NCBI GenBank assembly: GCA_017646825.1
Contig: JAGCLT010000079.1
Span: forward strand, 1 to 33,843
DNA from: Clostridia bacterium
GTDB lineage: Bacteria > Bacillota > Clostridia > Monoglobales > Firm-18
Direction of reading: 5' to 3'
DNA length: 33,843 bases
Shown: positions 8,328-16,955 of the stretch, one piece after another
How the letters are laid out: the number at the start of each line of letters is the position of its first letter
Position numbering within the stretch: position 1 is the first letter of the stretch
Made by a program: the position numbers and the translations under genes
Notes under the pieces: generated by a model
Database searches by the model: none
What the model was told of the DNA's origin: nothing
Seen by the model: the letters and a program-made list of their open reading frames with translations, nothing else

Positions 8328-8753
8328 TTACACCTGCACTTTTTTTCGCATTATAACAGTAGTACCCATGCCTACGCTGGACTTTATTTCAAGGGAGTCC
8401 ATAAATGTTTCCATAACAGTAAAGCCCATGCCTGAACGTTCTTCGTCAGGGCTGGATGTAAAAAGAGGACGTCTTGCTTCTGCTATGTCTTCTATTCCCC
8501 GTCCGTAGTCAGAAACGGTAATTTCAATTTCGTTTAAGTTATATACACAGCACACGGTAACAAAGCCTGACATATTTTCGTATCCGTGGACAATAGCATT
8601 TGTAACCGCCTCAGATACTGCGGTTTTTATGTCTGCTATGGTTTCTACGGTTAAGTCCAGTTGAGCACAAAAAGATGCAATGGCAACACGGGCAAGTCCC
8701 TCGTTAACAGACTTGTTTAAAAACTGTATTTTCATTTCGTTTATGTAATTCAA
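8328..8753 (-). CDS. spoIIAB: Anti-sigmaF factor / serine kinase
   Basis: NE..AR, DIKTAVSEAVTNAIVHGY, ERSGMGFTVMETFMD. Confidence 0.95.
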   Translation of the reverse strand: MNYINEMKIQFLNKSVNEGLARVAIASFCAQLDLTVETIADIKTAVSEAVTNAIVHGYENMSGFVTVCCVYNLNEIEITVSDYGRGIEDIAEARRPLFTSSPDEERSGMGFTVMETFMDSLEIKSSVGMGTTVIMRKKVQV

Positions 8754-9083
8754 TTATTTCACCTCCAAGGCTTTTTGTTGGTTGGGATATATGGTAATAA
8801 GTCTTGACAGTCCAGACATTTTTACCAAGTCTTTAATTCTCTGATTGGTACCAAAGGCGCAGACAGAACCTTTTATTGCCTCCATAAGTCTGTACCGCCC
8901 CATTATTACGCCTATTCCGGAACTGTCCATAAAATGTACCTTTGTAAAGTCAAAAACAACTTTCCTGATTTCGCCTTTTAAAATAATACGGTCTGCTTTT
9001 TCTCTGATTTCTGAAGCGTAGTGATGGTCAAGTTCCCCTTCGGGTCTTATTATCATTGCATCGCCCATAATATCTATTGTCAT
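8754..9083 (-). CDS. spoIIAA: Anti-anti-sigmaF factor (STAS domain)
   Basis: GELDHH, FMDSSGIGVIMGRY. ATG at 9083 follows the RBS GGGGTG and is preferred over the GTG at 9092. Confidence 0.93.
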   Translation of the reverse strand: MTIDIMGDAMIIRPEGELDHHYASEIREKADRIILKGEIRKVVFDFTKVHFMDSSGIGVIMGRYRLMEAIKGSVCAFGTNQRIKDLVKMSGLSRLITIYPNQQKALEVK

Positions 9084-9203
9084 ATTTATCACCCCGTTTT
9101 TTGTTATTATATGGAGATTATATTATATCTATTCTGTAAAAAAAGTCGTTTTTTGTATAACAATCCAAACTTTATGAAAAAATATTACAAGAGGTGAAAA
9201 CAA

Positions 9204-9710
9204 TTGATAATTACTTTTATAAGAACGATTATTCTTTATCTTCTGGTTGTTTTCAGTATGAGAATAATGGGAAAAAGGACAATAGGAGAGTTGCAACCTT
9301 ATGAACTTGTAATAGATATTATGATTTCAGATTTGGCGTCTGTGCCTATGCAAAGCACAGACTTTCCTCTTTTGTCGGGCATAATCCCTATTTTAACACT
9401 TATTACTCTGGAGATTTTTATGTCTTACGCATCTTTGAAATCACGGAAAATCAGAAAGTTCCTTTGCGGAGAGCCTACCACGGTAATTAAGGATGGGGAA
9501 ATCAACTATAAAAATTTAAAAAGTTTAAGATTTGCTCATACTGACCTTTTGGAAGAACTCCGCCAGGGTGGGTGCGATGACGTAAAAGAAGTAAAAAGGG
9601 CGGTGGTGGAAACCAACGGCAAGTTAAGTATATTGCTCAAAAAGGAGAACAGCCCCCTTACAAAAGAAGATGCAATAAAAATTATTTCTAAACAGCGAGG
9701 GAAAAAATGA
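9204..9710 (+). CDS. DUF421 (YcaP/YetF-like) membrane protein
   Basis: RIMGKRTIGELQPYELV, GEPTTVIKDGEI, AVVETNGKLSIL; RBS GAGGTG with TTG start. Confidence 0.85.
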   Translation: MIITFIRTIILYLLVVFSMRIMGKRTIGELQPYELVIDIMISDLASVPMQSTDFPLLSGIIPILTLITLEIFMSYASLKSRKIRKFLCGEPTTVIKDGEINYKNLKSLRFAHTDLLEELRQGGCDDVKEVKRAVVETNGKLSILLKKENSPLTKEDAIKIISKQRGKK

Positions 9711-10087
9711 AGGACGTAATTATAGCAACAGTAATACTTGTACTGATTATTTCCGTTTGTGTAACCTTTTATTGCCTTTCTATGGATTTTAGCCATGATA
9801 TGTCAGAAAACCTTGAGCTTGCAAAGGAGGCAGTAAAGGAAGAAAATTACGATTTGGCAGCAATTTACTCCAAAAACTGTATAGATATTCTTGAAAAAAG
9901 CAATGTATGGCTGTCGGCGATGGCAAACCACGAAGAACTTAACGCCATGAAAACTGGGCTTTTAAGGGTACAGCAGTTTATCGCTTATTCCCACGATGAA
10001 GAGGCTATGGCGGAACTGGGAGAAGTGTCAGGCCTTATAAATCATTTCAACAACAGCGAGAAGGTGTCTGTTGAAAATATATTTTAA
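9707..10087 (+). CDS. DUF4363-like small membrane-anchored protein
   Basis: ATGA overlap with DUF421; N-terminal TM helix; ...NHEEL... and C-terminal ENIF, typical of the DUF421 partner in Clostridia. Confidence 0.7.
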   Translation: MKDVIIATVILVLIISVCVTFYCLSMDFSHDMSENLELAKEAVKEENYDLAAIYSKNCIDILEKSNVWLSAMANHEELNAMKTGLLRVQQFIAYSHDEEAMAELGEVSGLINHFNNSEKVSVENIF

Positions 10088-10100
10088 CAAATTATGAATT

Positions 10101-10117
10101 TTTACAGAATTGTTACA
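10101..10117 (-). promoter_or_regulatory. WalR-type binding box
   Basis: Minus strand TGTAAC-AATTC-TGTAAA is an exact match to TGTWAH-N5-TGTWAH and lies 6 nt upstream of a -35 element. Confidence 0.65.
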
Positions 10118-10123
10118 AAAAAC

Positions 10124-10152
10124 TTGATTTTATGTAATATATATAGTATAAT
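10124..10152 (+). promoter_or_regulatory. sigmaA promoter of the M23 peptidase-walR operon
   Basis: TTGATT-17 nt-TATAAT. Confidence 0.7.
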
Positions 10153-10228
10153 GGACACAATGGAAATTGTGTGTCTATAATAAATAGACGCATCTTGTTT
10201 AAAAAAGGTAGTAAATCGAGGTGATTAT

Positions 10229-11767
10229 TTGCGTTATAATCTACGCACGGGGCGTCTTGGATTTAAGGTAGGAAAACTTATGTTTTTTAAAAAATCAGTA
10301 AAGGTGCAAAAGACATTTCTGATAGCGCCAAAACTTACTGTAAGACGCTTTGGGATGAAGAAAATAGGCAATATAATTGAAAAATGCAAGATACTTTTTA
10401 ATAAAAAGTCTCAATTAACAAGAATTAAACCTGTGGCTGATGCCGTTAAAATATTCAACCTTGTAAAACACGTAGCTCTTTATACTACTGCTTTGGCAGT
10501 AATGTGCTTTATAGTATATGGTTCTTTTATGTCTCTTAATTTGACTGTTGCAAAAAATGTACTTATTGACGGTAAATCTGTAGGTGCAGTAACAGATATA
10601 GAACAGTTTAAAACATACTACAGCCAGTTACACGAAGAATTAAAAGACAACCTTGGGGACAGCAAAATCCGTAAGGTATCATATCTGCCCTGTATTACAT
10701 TTAATGACAGTGTAGATGACCAGTATACATTAAAGCAGAACATTATGTCATTGTATGACGGTGTTATAAATGCTTATTCTGTTTATGCAGACGGTGAATT
10801 TGTATGTGCAGCCCTTGAAAAAACAGATTTGGAAGGGGCTCTTGAAACCATAAGAACGTCTTACGGTAACGTTGATACCGCAACGTTTGTTCAAAACATT
10901 GAAATCAAAAACGAACTGGTGACAAATAACAGTATCAGATTTGGTAAAAATATAAACAAAGAACTGTTGTCAAATAAAAAAGCAGAAGGTGTTTATGTAG
11001 CAACTAAAAAACAGTCAATGTGGGAAATAGCATCAATGTTCGGTATGTCTATTGATAAACTGGAAACAATGAATCCCGGACTTTTAAGTTCAGTTGACGA
11101 AGGAACACAAATTAACGTAATAAAATCAGTTCCCGTTTTGTCAGTACAGACTTCTGCCCACGTTGAAGGTGAGTTTGACATTGCCTGTGCCTCGGAAGTT
11201 GTTTATGACAAAACCATGGCAAAAGGCAAACAAAAGGTTACCGTTGCTGGCGAAAATGGTAAACAGTTTGTTAAAAAAGATGTTGTATTTATAAACGGCG
11301 AAGAAGTTACAGAAACAATTCATGAGAAAACTGTAATAAAAGAGCCTGTGGCAAAAGTGACGGTTGTGGGGACAAAGTTAAGCGGTGTAGGTACGGGAAG
11401 TTTCATAAGACCTACTTACGGCTCGCTAAGTTCACGTTATGGCACAAGATGGAACAGACAACATCAGGGAATAGATATTGCTGCTTCTACAGGTACAGAT
11501 ATAGTTGCCGCTGATGACGGAGTAGTTGAGTTTTCCGGTTGGGAAGGCGGCTACGGCAATCTTGTAAAACTAAGTCATGGTAACGGCTATACCACATACT
11601 ACGGACACTGCAGTAAGTTGTTGGTAAAAAAAGGTCAGGTAGTTGAAAAAGGTCAGGTTATTGCAAAGGTCGGCTCAACAGGAAGAAGTACAGGTCCTCA
11701 TTTGCATTTTGAAGTAAGACTTAACAACGTGCCTCAAAACCCACTCCAGTTTATCAGTTCAAATTAA
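10229..11767 (+). CDS. Membrane-anchored M23 peptidoglycan endopeptidase with LysM and G5 domains
   Basis: RBS GAGGTG with TTG start; TM segment; LysM (SMWEIASMFGMSIDKLETMNP); G5 (KQKVTVAGENG...KEPVAKVTVVGTK); M23 motifs HQGIDIA, YGHCS and STGPHLHFEV. Confidence 0.9.
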   Translation: MRYNLRTGRLGFKVGKLMFFKKSVKVQKTFLIAPKLTVRRFGMKKIGNIIEKCKILFNKKSQLTRIKPVADAVKIFNLVKHVALYTTALAVMCFIVYGSFMSLNLTVAKNVLIDGKSVGAVTDIEQFKTYYSQLHEELKDNLGDSKIRKVSYLPCITFNDSVDDQYTLKQNIMSLYDGVINAYSVYADGEFVCAALEKTDLEGALETIRTSYGNVDTATFVQNIEIKNELVTNNSIRFGKNINKELLSNKKAEGVYVATKKQSMWEIASMFGMSIDKLETMNPGLLSSVDEGTQINVIKSVPVLSVQTSAHVEGEFDIACASEVVYDKTMAKGKQKVTVAGENGKQFVKKDVVFINGEEVTETIHEKTVIKEPVAKVTVVGTKLSGVGTGSFIRPTYGSLSSRYGTRWNRQHQGIDIAASTGTDIVAADDGVVEFSGWEGGYGNLVKLSHGNGYTTYYGHCSKLLVKKGQVVEKGQVIAKVGSTGRSTGPHLHFEVRLNNVPQNPLQFISSN

Positions 11768-11779
11768 GAAAGGGTAATT

Positions 11780-12487
11780 ATGATGGAAAAAACAATTTTA
11801 ATTGTAGATGACGAAGCGCCTATAGTTGATATATTAAGAATTAATTTAAAGAAAAACGGTTACAAGGTTTTAGAAGCCTATGACGGCGAAGCGGCGGTAA
11901 AAATAGCATTGGAGGAAGACCCCGACCTTATTCTCCTTGACGTAATGCTTCCTAAAATGGACGGTTTTACCGTTTGCAGAAAATTAAGAGAAAGAATTAA
12001 CACTCCTATAGTTATGATTACTGCAAGAGAAGCGGAGGAGGACAAAGTTTTAGGTCTTGCAATCGGTGCAGATGACTATATAACAAAGCCTTTCTCAATT
12101 AAAGAACTTCTTGCAAGAGTTCAGGCTAACTTACGCCGCGGTGCAAAGGAATATACATACATTGACGGCGATGAAAACGACACCTCTATAAAACAGGGAG
12201 ATTTAACATTAAACATTGAACGTTTTGAAGTTAAAAAAGGCGGAAAGTTAATAGACCTTACAATCCGTGAATTTGAACTGCTGAAGTTTTTGGCACTGCA
12301 GCCCGAGAAGATTTATTCCCGTGAAACTCTGATGGAAAAGGTATGGGGTTACGATTATCTTGGTGATTTAAGAACTGTTGACGTTACTGTAAGACGTCTT
12401 CGTGAAAAAATTGAGGATAACCCGTCAGAGCCCACTTACGTTATTACAAAAAGAAGTATGGGATATTACTTTGCAAAACAAAAATAA
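11780..12487 (+). CDS. walR: OmpR-family response regulator, WalR/YycF-like
   Basis: ILIVDDE, LLDVMLPKMDG, GADDYITKPFS, LTIREFELL, VWGYDYLGDLRTVDVTVRRLREKIEDNPSEP (YycF-type C-terminus). Confidence 0.8.
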   Translation: MMEKTILIVDDEAPIVDILRINLKKNGYKVLEAYDGEAAVKIALEEDPDLILLDVMLPKMDGFTVCRKLRERINTPIVMITAREAEEDKVLGLAIGADDYITKPFSIKELLARVQANLRRGAKEYTYIDGDENDTSIKQGDLTLNIERFEVKKGGKLIDLTIREFELLKFLALQPEKIYSRETLMEKVWGYDYLGDLRTVDVTVRRLREKIEDNPSEPTYVITKRSMGYYFAKQK

Positions 12488-12491
12488 TGTT

Positions 12492-12524
12492 ACGGCGTCT
12501 TCTTTAAACGAAGACGCCGTTTTT
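12492..12524 (+). terminator. Intrinsic terminator after walR
   Basis: ACGGCGTCTTC-7 nt-GAAGACGCCGT followed by TTTT. Confidence 0.85.
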
Positions 12525-12540
12525 AACGGAGAGTACAGTT

Positions 12541-13755
12541 ATGACAAAAATTAAAGAAAATATAATTACATTTTTAAAATGGAGTGCTGTGGCGGTAATA
12601 ATTGGCATAATACTTGGGCTTTTGGGGTATCTGTTCCATGTTACTCTGGAGTTTGCAACAGAAGTCCGTATGAGCAAAATGTATCTGGTGTGGTTGTTGC
12701 CCCTTTCAGGTGTTATTATCGTGGCTCTTTACAAAATATGCGGTATGGAAAAGAACAAAGGTACAAACTGCGTGATTATGTCTGTTCGCAAAGAGGATAA
12801 GCCGCCTCTTATATTAGCCCCTCTTATTTTTATTTCAACTGCAATTACTCACCTGTTCGGCGGCTCTGCCGGTCGTGAGGGTGCCGCTTTGCAGATGGGC
12901 GGAAGCGTGGGCTATTTTGTAGGTGACAAACTGAAACTTGACGAAAAAGACAAGGCAACTGCAACTATGTGCGGTATGAGTGGCGCTTTTTCTGCCCTTT
13001 TCGGAACTCCTGTCACTGCCTCGGTTTTTGCTATGGAAATAACTGATGTTGGCGTTATGCAGTACTGTGCCATTGTGCCCTGCGTGCTTTGCGCAGTTGT
13101 AGGGCGTTTTATAGTGCAGTGTTTTGGCGTTTTACCTACTGCTTACACTGTGACAGATGTTCCAACTCTGTCAGCGGTGTCGGTTCTTCAGACTGTTGCT
13201 CTTGGAATACTTTGTGCCGTAGTAAGCAAAGTTTTCTGTATGGCACTCCACAAAACTCATACACTTTATGAAAAGTACATACCAAATAAATTTCTTTCGG
13301 CTGTTGTGGGCGGATTAATTGTTGCGGTTCTGACTTTTGTGTTGGGTACAGGGGATTACAACGGAGCAGGGACTCACATAATTGAAAAAGCAATTTCGGG
13401 TAAAGCCGAAATTTATGCTTTTGCTGTTAAAATACTGTTTACCGCAATTACCTTAGGCGCAGGTTTTAAGGGCGGAGAGATAGTACCCACCTTGTTTATC
13501 GGTGCAACTTTTGGTTGTGCAGTATCCCCTCTTTTGGGATTAGCCCCGTCTTTTGGTGCATCTTTAGGAATGATTGCTCTTTTCTGCGGTGTTACAAACT
13601 GCCCGTTAAGTGCGCTTGTTATGTCTGTTGAACTTTTTGGCGGTCAGGGTTTTGTGCTTTATATGGTTGCGGTGGCTGTAAGTTATATGTTGTCAGGCTA
13701 TCAGGGACTTTACAGTTCGCAAAAAATAATATATTCAAAAACAAAAATGGAATAG
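12541..13755 (+). CDS. CLC/EriC-family chloride or fluoride channel/antiporter
   Basis: GGSAGREGAALQMG, FGTP and GFKGGEIVP CLC motifs; many TM helices. Confidence 0.9.
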   Translation: MTKIKENIITFLKWSAVAVIIGIILGLLGYLFHVTLEFATEVRMSKMYLVWLLPLSGVIIVALYKICGMEKNKGTNCVIMSVRKEDKPPLILAPLIFISTAITHLFGGSAGREGAALQMGGSVGYFVGDKLKLDEKDKATATMCGMSGAFSALFGTPVTASVFAMEITDVGVMQYCAIVPCVLCAVVGRFIVQCFGVLPTAYTVTDVPTLSAVSVLQTVALGILCAVVSKVFCMALHKTHTLYEKYIPNKFLSAVVGGLIVAVLTFVLGTGDYNGAGTHIIEKAISGKAEIYAFAVKILFTAITLGAGFKGGEIVPTLFIGATFGCAVSPLLGLAPSFGASLGMIALFCGVTNCPLSALVMSVELFGGQGFVLYMVAVAVSYMLSGYQGLYSSQKIIYSKTKME

Positions 13756-13796
13756 GGAAATGCCCTCTGCTAATACAATGTTAGCAGGGGGTATTT
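13752..13796 (+). promoter_or_regulatory. sigmaE-like promoter overlapping a 16-bp hairpin that covers the sigK RBS (possible terminator or insulator)
   Basis: ATA(13752)-17 nt-AATACAAT(13772-79); stem AAATGCCCTCTGCTAA / TTAGCAGGGGGTATTT with 2 G-U pairs, followed by T-rich sequence. Confidence 0.55.
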
Positions 13797-13798
13797 TT

Positions 13799-14491
13799 AT
13801 GTTTTTTATGATGCTTTTAAAACAGTTGTTTGCATTTATTTCCTACGTCTCTTCTTATAATTCTTTCCCCAAGCCGTTAAGCGTTAAAGAAGAACAAAGA
13901 CTTTTGGAACTTTATGCAAACGGCGATATTGATGCAAAAAACAAACTTATTGAACATAATTTAAGGCTTGTTGCTCATATTGCGAAAAAGTATTCAGGCG
14001 CCGGCAAAGATGCAGATGACTATATTTCCATTGGTACTATAGGTCTTATTAAAGGAATTAACAGTTTTAACACGAAAAAAGGAGCAAAACTTTCTACATA
14101 TATTTCCCGTTGTATTGATAACGAGATACTTATGTTTATACGCTCCAATAAGAAAATACAAAACGAAGTGTCTATAGATGAACCTATAGGTGTGGATTTT
14201 GAGGGAAATCAGATTACCTTTAACAGCATTTTGTGCAGTAACGATGACGAAGTCTGCGATGCAATAAACAATAAAATGCTGGTGAATAAACTGTACGATG
14301 CGGTGGAAACATCCTTGTCCCCAAGGGAAAGGGATATTATAATTATGCGATACGGACTTAATGGTACAAGAGAAATGACACAAAAGGAAGTGGCAAAAAA
14401 ACTAAACATTTCAAGGTCTTATATTTCAAGAATCGAGAAAAAGGCAATAGAAATACTAAAAGAAAAGATGTTCAAAACTGAACATCTTTAA
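13799..14491 (+). CDS. sigK: Pro-sigmaK mother-cell sporulation sigma factor, uninterrupted
   Basis: Hydrophobic pro-sequence followed by SYV..NSFPKPLS; LIEHNLRLVAHIAKKY, ISIGTIGLIKGI, TQKEVAKKLNISRSYISRIEK. ATG at 13799 follows the RBS AGGGGG. Confidence 0.9.
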   Translation: MFFMMLLKQLFAFISYVSSYNSFPKPLSVKEEQRLLELYANGDIDAKNKLIEHNLRLVAHIAKKYSGAGKDADDYISIGTIGLIKGINSFNTKKGAKLSTYISRCIDNEILMFIRSNKKIQNEVSIDEPIGVDFEGNQITFNSILCSNDDEVCDAINNKMLVNKLYDAVETSLSPRERDIIIMRYGLNGTREMTQKEVAKKLNISRSYISRIEKKAIEILKEKMFKTEHL

Positions 14492-14492
14492 A

Positions 14493-16235
14493 CTATTCTG
14501 TTTTATTGACAGGAAGTTTTATTATAACTTCTGTACCCTGTCCTACATCGCTGTCGATGTAAATTGTGCCGTTATGCAGTTTTATAATTTCGTAAGCAAT
14601 GGAAAGTCCAAGACCTGTGCCGCCCTGTTCACGGGAACGGTGCTTGTCAACTCTGTAAAACCTTTCGAAGATTTTGGGCAGAGACTCTTTCGGAATACCT
14701 ATGCCGTTGTCTTTAATTTTGATGTATGCCTCGTTATATAAAAATCCTGCATAGACGTTTATTACGCCGTCATCGCCTGTATATTTTACTGAGTTGGAAA
14801 TTATGTTTGTTATAACCTGCTCTATTCTGTCACGGTCTGCAGAAACTGGAGGTATTTCGCTTGACAAAGTATAATTAATAACTTTACCGTTGTTTTTTGC
14901 ATCTACCGACAGTTTGGTAACTACCTCGTAAAGGAGTTTGTCTAAAGAAAATTTGGTTTTTACAATTGACAGTTTTCTGTGGTCAAGACTGCTTAATGTA
15001 AGCAAATCTTTAACAAGTCTTGTCATTCTGTCAACTTCGTTACCGATTACGTTTAAGTAGTACTTGTCCTCTTCGTTTTCCGTGTTGTCAATCATTGTTT
15101 CTGAATATGTTTTAATTGTGGTAAGAGGAGTACGGAGTTCGTGGGATACGTTTGCCACAAATTCACGGCGTGAAAGTTCAAGTCTTTGAATTTCTGTAAT
15201 ATCGTGAAGCACTACAACTACGCCGTTACTTAATCTTTCGTTATCTGACTTAAATGTAGCAAAGTAGGCTTTTAAGTATTTGTTGTTTACATCTATGTCT
15301 TTTTCTACCAGATTTTTCTTTAAGTATAACATTTCTTCCATCGAAACATTAAGTCCCAAAGAATTAAAGTATTCGTCAAAAGTGATTTTCTTGTTTTTGC
15401 GAAGACCTAATAATGAGTAGGCTGTAGCGTTTATAAGCACCAGTTTCTGATTGGAGTCAAAAGCAAGTACGCCGTCGTTCATGTGCTGAAGAATTGTTTC
15501 CAGTTTGTTTTTCTCCTGGGATATTTCGTCCATTGAATTTTTAATCATTACTGCCATATCGTTAAAGGTGGAAGCAAGTTTGCCTAACTCGTCATCTGAT
15601 TTAACGTCAATTTTTTGCAGGTAGTTACCGCCTGCGATGTTTTCTGCTTTGTTGGTAATGTTGATAATAGGTCTTGTAAGAGTCTTTGACATAAAAAAGC
15701 CTAAAAGCATGGAAATAAGCACACCGAAAAGCAAAGCCTGTGCAATAATTAAGATTACATTGTGATTAATGTCAAGTAGTTCCGCTTTTGTGTCTCTTAC
15801 ATAGATAATATGATTGTTTAAGGGATAAGCATAGTCAATATAATCTGTATTTACATTTGTGGTACTGCCGATGTTTCCTGCCATTGCTGCAATAATGTTG
15901 TCTGTAATTCCTCCCTGGTAGTAATCCTTTGAACCTGAAATGATTTCGGCACTTGTTTTGTCAAGAATGAAATAATCTCTGTTGGAGTTAAGACCAAGAC
16001 GACCTGAATAAGCATCAAGTATTGTTTTTAATGCATTGGCAGGTTGGTCATTGTTTTCTGCGTCCTGAAGCTGGTCTGTAAGTTCAGGTAAAAAACTAAG
16101 GGACATTTCCTGGGCAAAGGAACGGTGGTAAAAGTCTGTGATGCGTTCCTGCATAAATGTACCGAATGCAACGAGAATTGCCACAACCAGTATTACAAAC
16201 ATTGTTACAAGTTTCCATTGAATAGATTTAAACAA
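14493..16235 (-). CDS. Sensor histidine kinase, WalK/YycG-like (2 TM, HAMP, PAS, HisKA, HATPase)
   Basis: DELGKLASTFNDM (HAMP); MNDGVLAFD (PAS); RREFVANVSHELRTPLT; IFERFYRVDKHRSREQGGTGLGLSIA. Confidence 0.85.
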   Translation of the reverse strand: MFKSIQWKLVTMFVILVVAILVAFGTFMQERITDFYHRSFAQEMSLSFLPELTDQLQDAENNDQPANALKTILDAYSGRLGLNSNRDYFILDKTSAEIISGSKDYYQGGITDNIIAAMAGNIGSTTNVNTDYIDYAYPLNNHIIYVRDTKAELLDINHNVILIIAQALLFGVLISMLLGFFMSKTLTRPIINITNKAENIAGGNYLQKIDVKSDDELGKLASTFNDMAVMIKNSMDEISQEKNKLETILQHMNDGVLAFDSNQKLVLINATAYSLLGLRKNKKITFDEYFNSLGLNVSMEEMLYLKKNLVEKDIDVNNKYLKAYFATFKSDNERLSNGVVVVLHDITEIQRLELSRREFVANVSHELRTPLTTIKTYSETMIDNTENEEDKYYLNVIGNEVDRMTRLVKDLLTLSSLDHRKLSIVKTKFSLDKLLYEVVTKLSVDAKNNGKVINYTLSSEIPPVSADRDRIEQVITNIISNSVKYTGDDGVINVYAGFLYNEAYIKIKDNGIGIPKESLPKIFERFYRVDKHRSREQGGTGLGLSIAYEIIKLHNGTIYIDSDVGQGTEVIIKLPVNKTE

Positions 16236-16239
16236 TAGA

Positions 16240-16821
16240 TTACACTTCCTTTAATTTCTCTTTTATTCCCTTTAGTGCCATAGCCCTGTGGCTTATACTG
16301 TTTTTCTGCTCTGCAGTTATTTCTGCAGAAGTTTTACCGTACTCGGGAAGATAGAAAAGACAGTCGTACCCAAATCCCCCTGTGCCTTTCATTTCAAAAT
16401 CTATAGTGCCGTGAAACTGACCTTCGTGGGAAATGATTTTGCCGTCGGGAAATACCACTACCATAGCGCAGGTAAAGTGGGCGTTTCTGTTTTTTATACC
16501 CTCCATATTTTTAAGAAGCAACAAGTTGTTGTCAAGGTCGTTGCCTGTATTACTGTAACGTGCAGAATATATTCCGGGAGCACCGTTTAACGCATCTACA
16601 CAAAGACCGCTGTCGTCTGCCATGGTAATTTCACCGCAAAGTTTCATGATTTCCGTTGCTTTTTTTGTGGCGTTACCTAAAAATGTATCTGCATCTTCGT
16701 CAACTTCTATGTCTATGCCCATCTCTTCCATAGACACGAAATTGTACGGCATATCTTTAAAAATATCTTTTATTTCTTTTAATTTACCTTTGTTTTTTGT
16801 TGCAACTACAATTGTTTTCAT
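16240..16821 (-). CDS. rdgB: Non-canonical purine NTP (XTP/dITP) pyrophosphatase, Ham1 family
   Basis: ATKNKGKLKE, ADDSGLCVDALNGAPGIYSARY, GFGYD, KNSISHR. Confidence 0.93.
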   Translation of the reverse strand: MKTIVVATKNKGKLKEIKDIFKDMPYNFVSMEEMGIDIEVDEDADTFLGNATKKATEIMKLCGEITMADDSGLCVDALNGAPGIYSARYSNTGNDLDNNLLLLKNMEGIKNRNAHFTCAMVVVFPDGKIISHEGQFHGTIDFEMKGTGGFGYDCLFYLPEYGKTSAEITAEQKNSISHRAMALKGIKEKLKEV

Positions 16822-16845
16822 AAACTAAACTCCTTTGCTGATAAA

Positions 16846-16874
16846 ATTATATCACAAAAGTTGAGGCATTTAAA
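16846..16874 (-). promoter_or_regulatory. sigmaA promoter for rdgB-kinase
   Basis: Minus strand TTTAAA-17 nt-TATAAT with extended -10 (TGTGATATAAT). Confidence 0.6.
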
Positions 16875-16892
16875 GTATTTTTTAAAAATATA

Positions 16893-16922
16893 TTGATTTA
16901 TTAAGATGTGATGTGATATAAT
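16893..16922 (+). promoter_or_regulatory. sigmaA promoter for the sugar kinase gene
   Basis: TTGATT-18 nt-TATAAT with extended -10 (TGTGATATAAT). Confidence 0.65.
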
Positions 16923-16955
16923 GAACGGGATTAAAAGGAAAGAGGTGGTACGTAA

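Noticed and set aside
9093-9203. sigmaH promoter and Spo0A boxes for spoIIA
   Set aside because: No convincing AGGA...GAAT spacing or TGNCGAA match could be identified by eye.
10250-10350. Possible riboswitch-like fold (GCGTCTT/AAGACGC, CAGTAA/TTACTG) ahead of the M23 domain region
   Set aside because: It lies inside an open frame with a good RBS and TTG at 10229, and lacks the conserved cores of the c-di-AMP or glycine riboswitches.
16846-16922. 11-bp inverted repeat ATTATATCACA...TGTGATATAAT suggesting an invertible element or operator
   Set aside because: Fully explained by two back-to-back extended -10 promoter elements; no recombinase nearby.
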